The notes below the pieces were generated by a model. That model did not search any database, was not told the origin of the DNA, and saw only the letters and a list, made by a program, of their open reading frames with translations. A stretch of 63,855 nt of DNA, the filler included, from Octopus bimaculoides (Eukaryota), in the NCBI RefSeq assembly GCF_001194135.2. It is 6 parts of 6 records of this genome, joined end to end, with 100 filler letters (N's around TTAATTAATTAA, not from the genome) between each part and the next. Parts side by side here need not be neighbours in the genome. Positions count along the whole stretch, not along the records: positions 58,604 to 63,855 come from NC_068983.1; 5 more parts are not named here. The stretch is one strand, 5' to 3'. This document shows, in pieces, positions 61,241 through 63,855 of the stretch. The translations under genes were made by a program, and so were the position numbers. How positions within the stretch are numbered: the first letter of the stretch is position 1; each line of letters starts with the position of its first letter.

Positions 61241-63817
61241 GCGTATATAATCTCGTCCTTTCTTTATATTTTACCTTGCTCAGAATCATGGAATTAACAT
61301 TTTTCTTTTTCTTTCGCTCAACATTTTACAATCAAAGCTTGTTAAATTCTTGCATTAAATTTCGTTTCAATTAAAATTAAAATTAAAATATCATATGAGT
61401 ATATTGTAGAAGAGGATTTCATTATTGGTGTTGATGCCAAAAGAGAGAATACTAAAGGAAGAATAAATACGCATTTTCTATAATTAATTTTGATTAATTT
61501 GAAATCCGGCACAACATCAAAATCAAGCTAATGTATTCAAAATAGAGGTATCCAAACATCAATTGTCATTTGCGAAGTTTAACATTATATAAAAAAAACT
61601 TAAATCGCAAACGATGTGGTATTAGAACGCACTTCTCTTATACTCTCTGCGAATCGTCGCCATTGAGTCGTATATAGAACATTAACGTTTTAACATTGAA
61701 ATGAAGGATTACACAATGTGTATGTGTGTGCGTGAGCGCGTGAGTGTATGTGCGCGTGCGTGAGTATCTGTGCGCGCGCATGAGGATCTGTGAGCGCGCG
61801 CGTGATATGTAAACTTACATAGTAGAAATAAAAACATGGCAACTTTAACTATTTCTCCATAGACTAAAACTATGATCAGTAACCTTAATCGATTTTCGAA
61901 CCTAATTCGGTTCTCATAAGATACGTCACATCATTTCAGGAATGCCGGAGAAATAAGTAGCCTATCAGTTCATAATACACGTAACATACATACAAGTATA
62001 TTTTTCTGTTAGTTTTATTTCAGTCTGTCTTAAAAGAGTTTTATGTATACACTCTTTACAGCAAATGAAGCCGTAAGAGAACTGTTATGATTTGAGCATG
62101 ATCTTGGCATTGTTGAGCTGACGAAATTCATCATTCTACAGTCATGAACCCAGCCAAAATAAGAGAGACAAAGAGATAGAAGGATAGGGAAATAAGACAG
62201 AAAATCTAGTTGCACAGACAGCCATATCAGTAATAAAACACCAGTACGGGACTGGTATTTCGTTTGTCTACACCTGAAATTATTAACGCTAAAGCTGAGC
62301 GTGACATATTCCAACTCACTACACAGAGATGGAATAACGCAGGGCAACGCATCAGAAGCTGCAAAACACTGCCACTTCCAAATACACACAAACACACAAA
62401 GGCATACATGCAAACATGCACAAGCATACACGCAAACACACACACACACACACACATATACACTCAGCGGCAGAACCATGCACGAATCACACAGAGACGC
62501 GTGCATATAAGTGTGACTGTCACAGTATGATTTTAAGTAAATGTTTAGATATTGTTATAAGTATATAAATGTGTTCACAATAACAATACCACAAACGACT
62601 ATGCATTTTCAGATCGACAAACACATTTATTCATTAATTTTCTTTATTATACAGCTTAGTGAACATGGATACACTTACTTTCCTGTAATTCATATAATAT
62701 TTGCACATCGTGCAGTGTATCTATTTACCTAAATATTTGTTTATATTTTCTGTCTCAGCGATTATTTATTCAACTATTACTGTTTCTATAAATATATATT
62801 TATTAGATTGTTTTATCAACGTTTCTCTGTCTGCCTTTCTCTACGTGTATTATTAACTTACCTCTGATACTTAAATATATATATATACGTATGCATACAT
62901 TGGTATATGTATATATGTGCATATATATATANNNNNNNNNNNNNNNNNNNNNNNNNNNNNNNNNNNNNNNNNNNNNNNNNNNNNNNNNNNNNNNNNNNNN
63001 NNNNNNNNNNNNNNNNNNNNNNNNNNNNNNNNNNNNNNNNNNNNNNNNNNNNNNNNNNNNNNNNNNNNNNNNNNNNNNNNNNNNNNNNNNNNNNNNNNNN
63101 NNNNNNNNNNNNNNNNNNNNNNNNNNNNNNNNNNNNNNNNNNNNNNNNNNNNNNNNNNNNNNNNNNNNNNNNNNNNNNNNNNNNNNNNNNNNNNNNNNNN
63201 NNNNNNNNNNNNNNNNNNNNNNNNNNNNNNNNNNNNNNNNNNNNNNNNNNNNNNNNNNNNNNNNNNNNNNNNNNNNNNNNNNNNNNNNNNNNNNNNNNNN
63301 NNNNNNNNNNNNNNNNNNNNNNNNNNNNNNNNNNNNNNNNNNNNNNNNNNNNNNNNNNNNNNNNNNNNNNNNNNNNNNNNNNNNNNNNNNNNNNNNNNNN
63401 NNNNNNNNNNNNNNNNNNNNNNNNNNNNNNNNNNNNNNNNNNNNNNNNNNNNNNNNNNNNNNNNNNNNNNNNNNNNNTATATATATATATATATATATAT
63501 ATATGGAACTAAAAAGCATTCATATGTTCATATGAACATATATACGCGTACACACATGCACTCGAAAACCCAAGCACACCCGTATACATTCGTGGGTGCG
63601 CACATGATCATGCAGATGCATGAAATGCTGGACATCTACGTAAATATTAACACAGACACGATATTTCAATTGATACAATGTTACATACATACGTATACAC
63701 ATATATATACGCACATATATACATATATATATACACACATATATACATGTATATATACACACACAAACGTATGTATATATATATATATATATATACATAT
63801 ATGTATATATACTTATA

Positions 63818-63855
<38 letters not shown>

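Noticed and set aside
62030-62530. Overlapping ORFs of 69-158 aa
   Set aside because: Driven by (CA)n/(TG)n low complexity.
5200-63535. Long ORFs containing X runs
   Set aside because: Open only because of Ns and (TA)n flanks.

Overview
AT-rich, microsatellite-rich and gap-ridden eukaryotic DNA. The SINE/LINE/Penelope repertoire and the (TA)n/(CA)n load suggest a cephalopod (Octopus-like) draft assembly; this is inference. One host gene can be reconstructed by hand: a 5-exon, 274-aa + strand CDS, join(9990..10126,15243..15351,18777..19023,21287..21536,22687..22768). All intron phases are compatible, and the product has the hallmarks of FAAP20 (N-terminal K/R-L-x-L-S-K/R, a WTPFP motif, and a C-terminal UBZ finger ending in D-x-W). 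The rest is mostly transposon debris: R4/Dong-like, CR1/L2, RTE and Rex/Babar LINE fragments, two kinds of Penelope-like GIY-YIG fragments, Helitron, Merlin, hAT/piggyBac/mariner MITEs and about four SINE families. The most unusual signal is a set of short non-coding elements carrying minimal type-I hammerhead ribozyme cores with palindromic stem III. One of these is a tRNA-headed SINE. They occur as head-to-head fold-back insertions, two of them with 14-16 bp target-site duplications. More than ten inverted duplications are present overall. Repeat boundaries are approximate (about +/-20 bp) unless a TSD is given, and no database searches were run.
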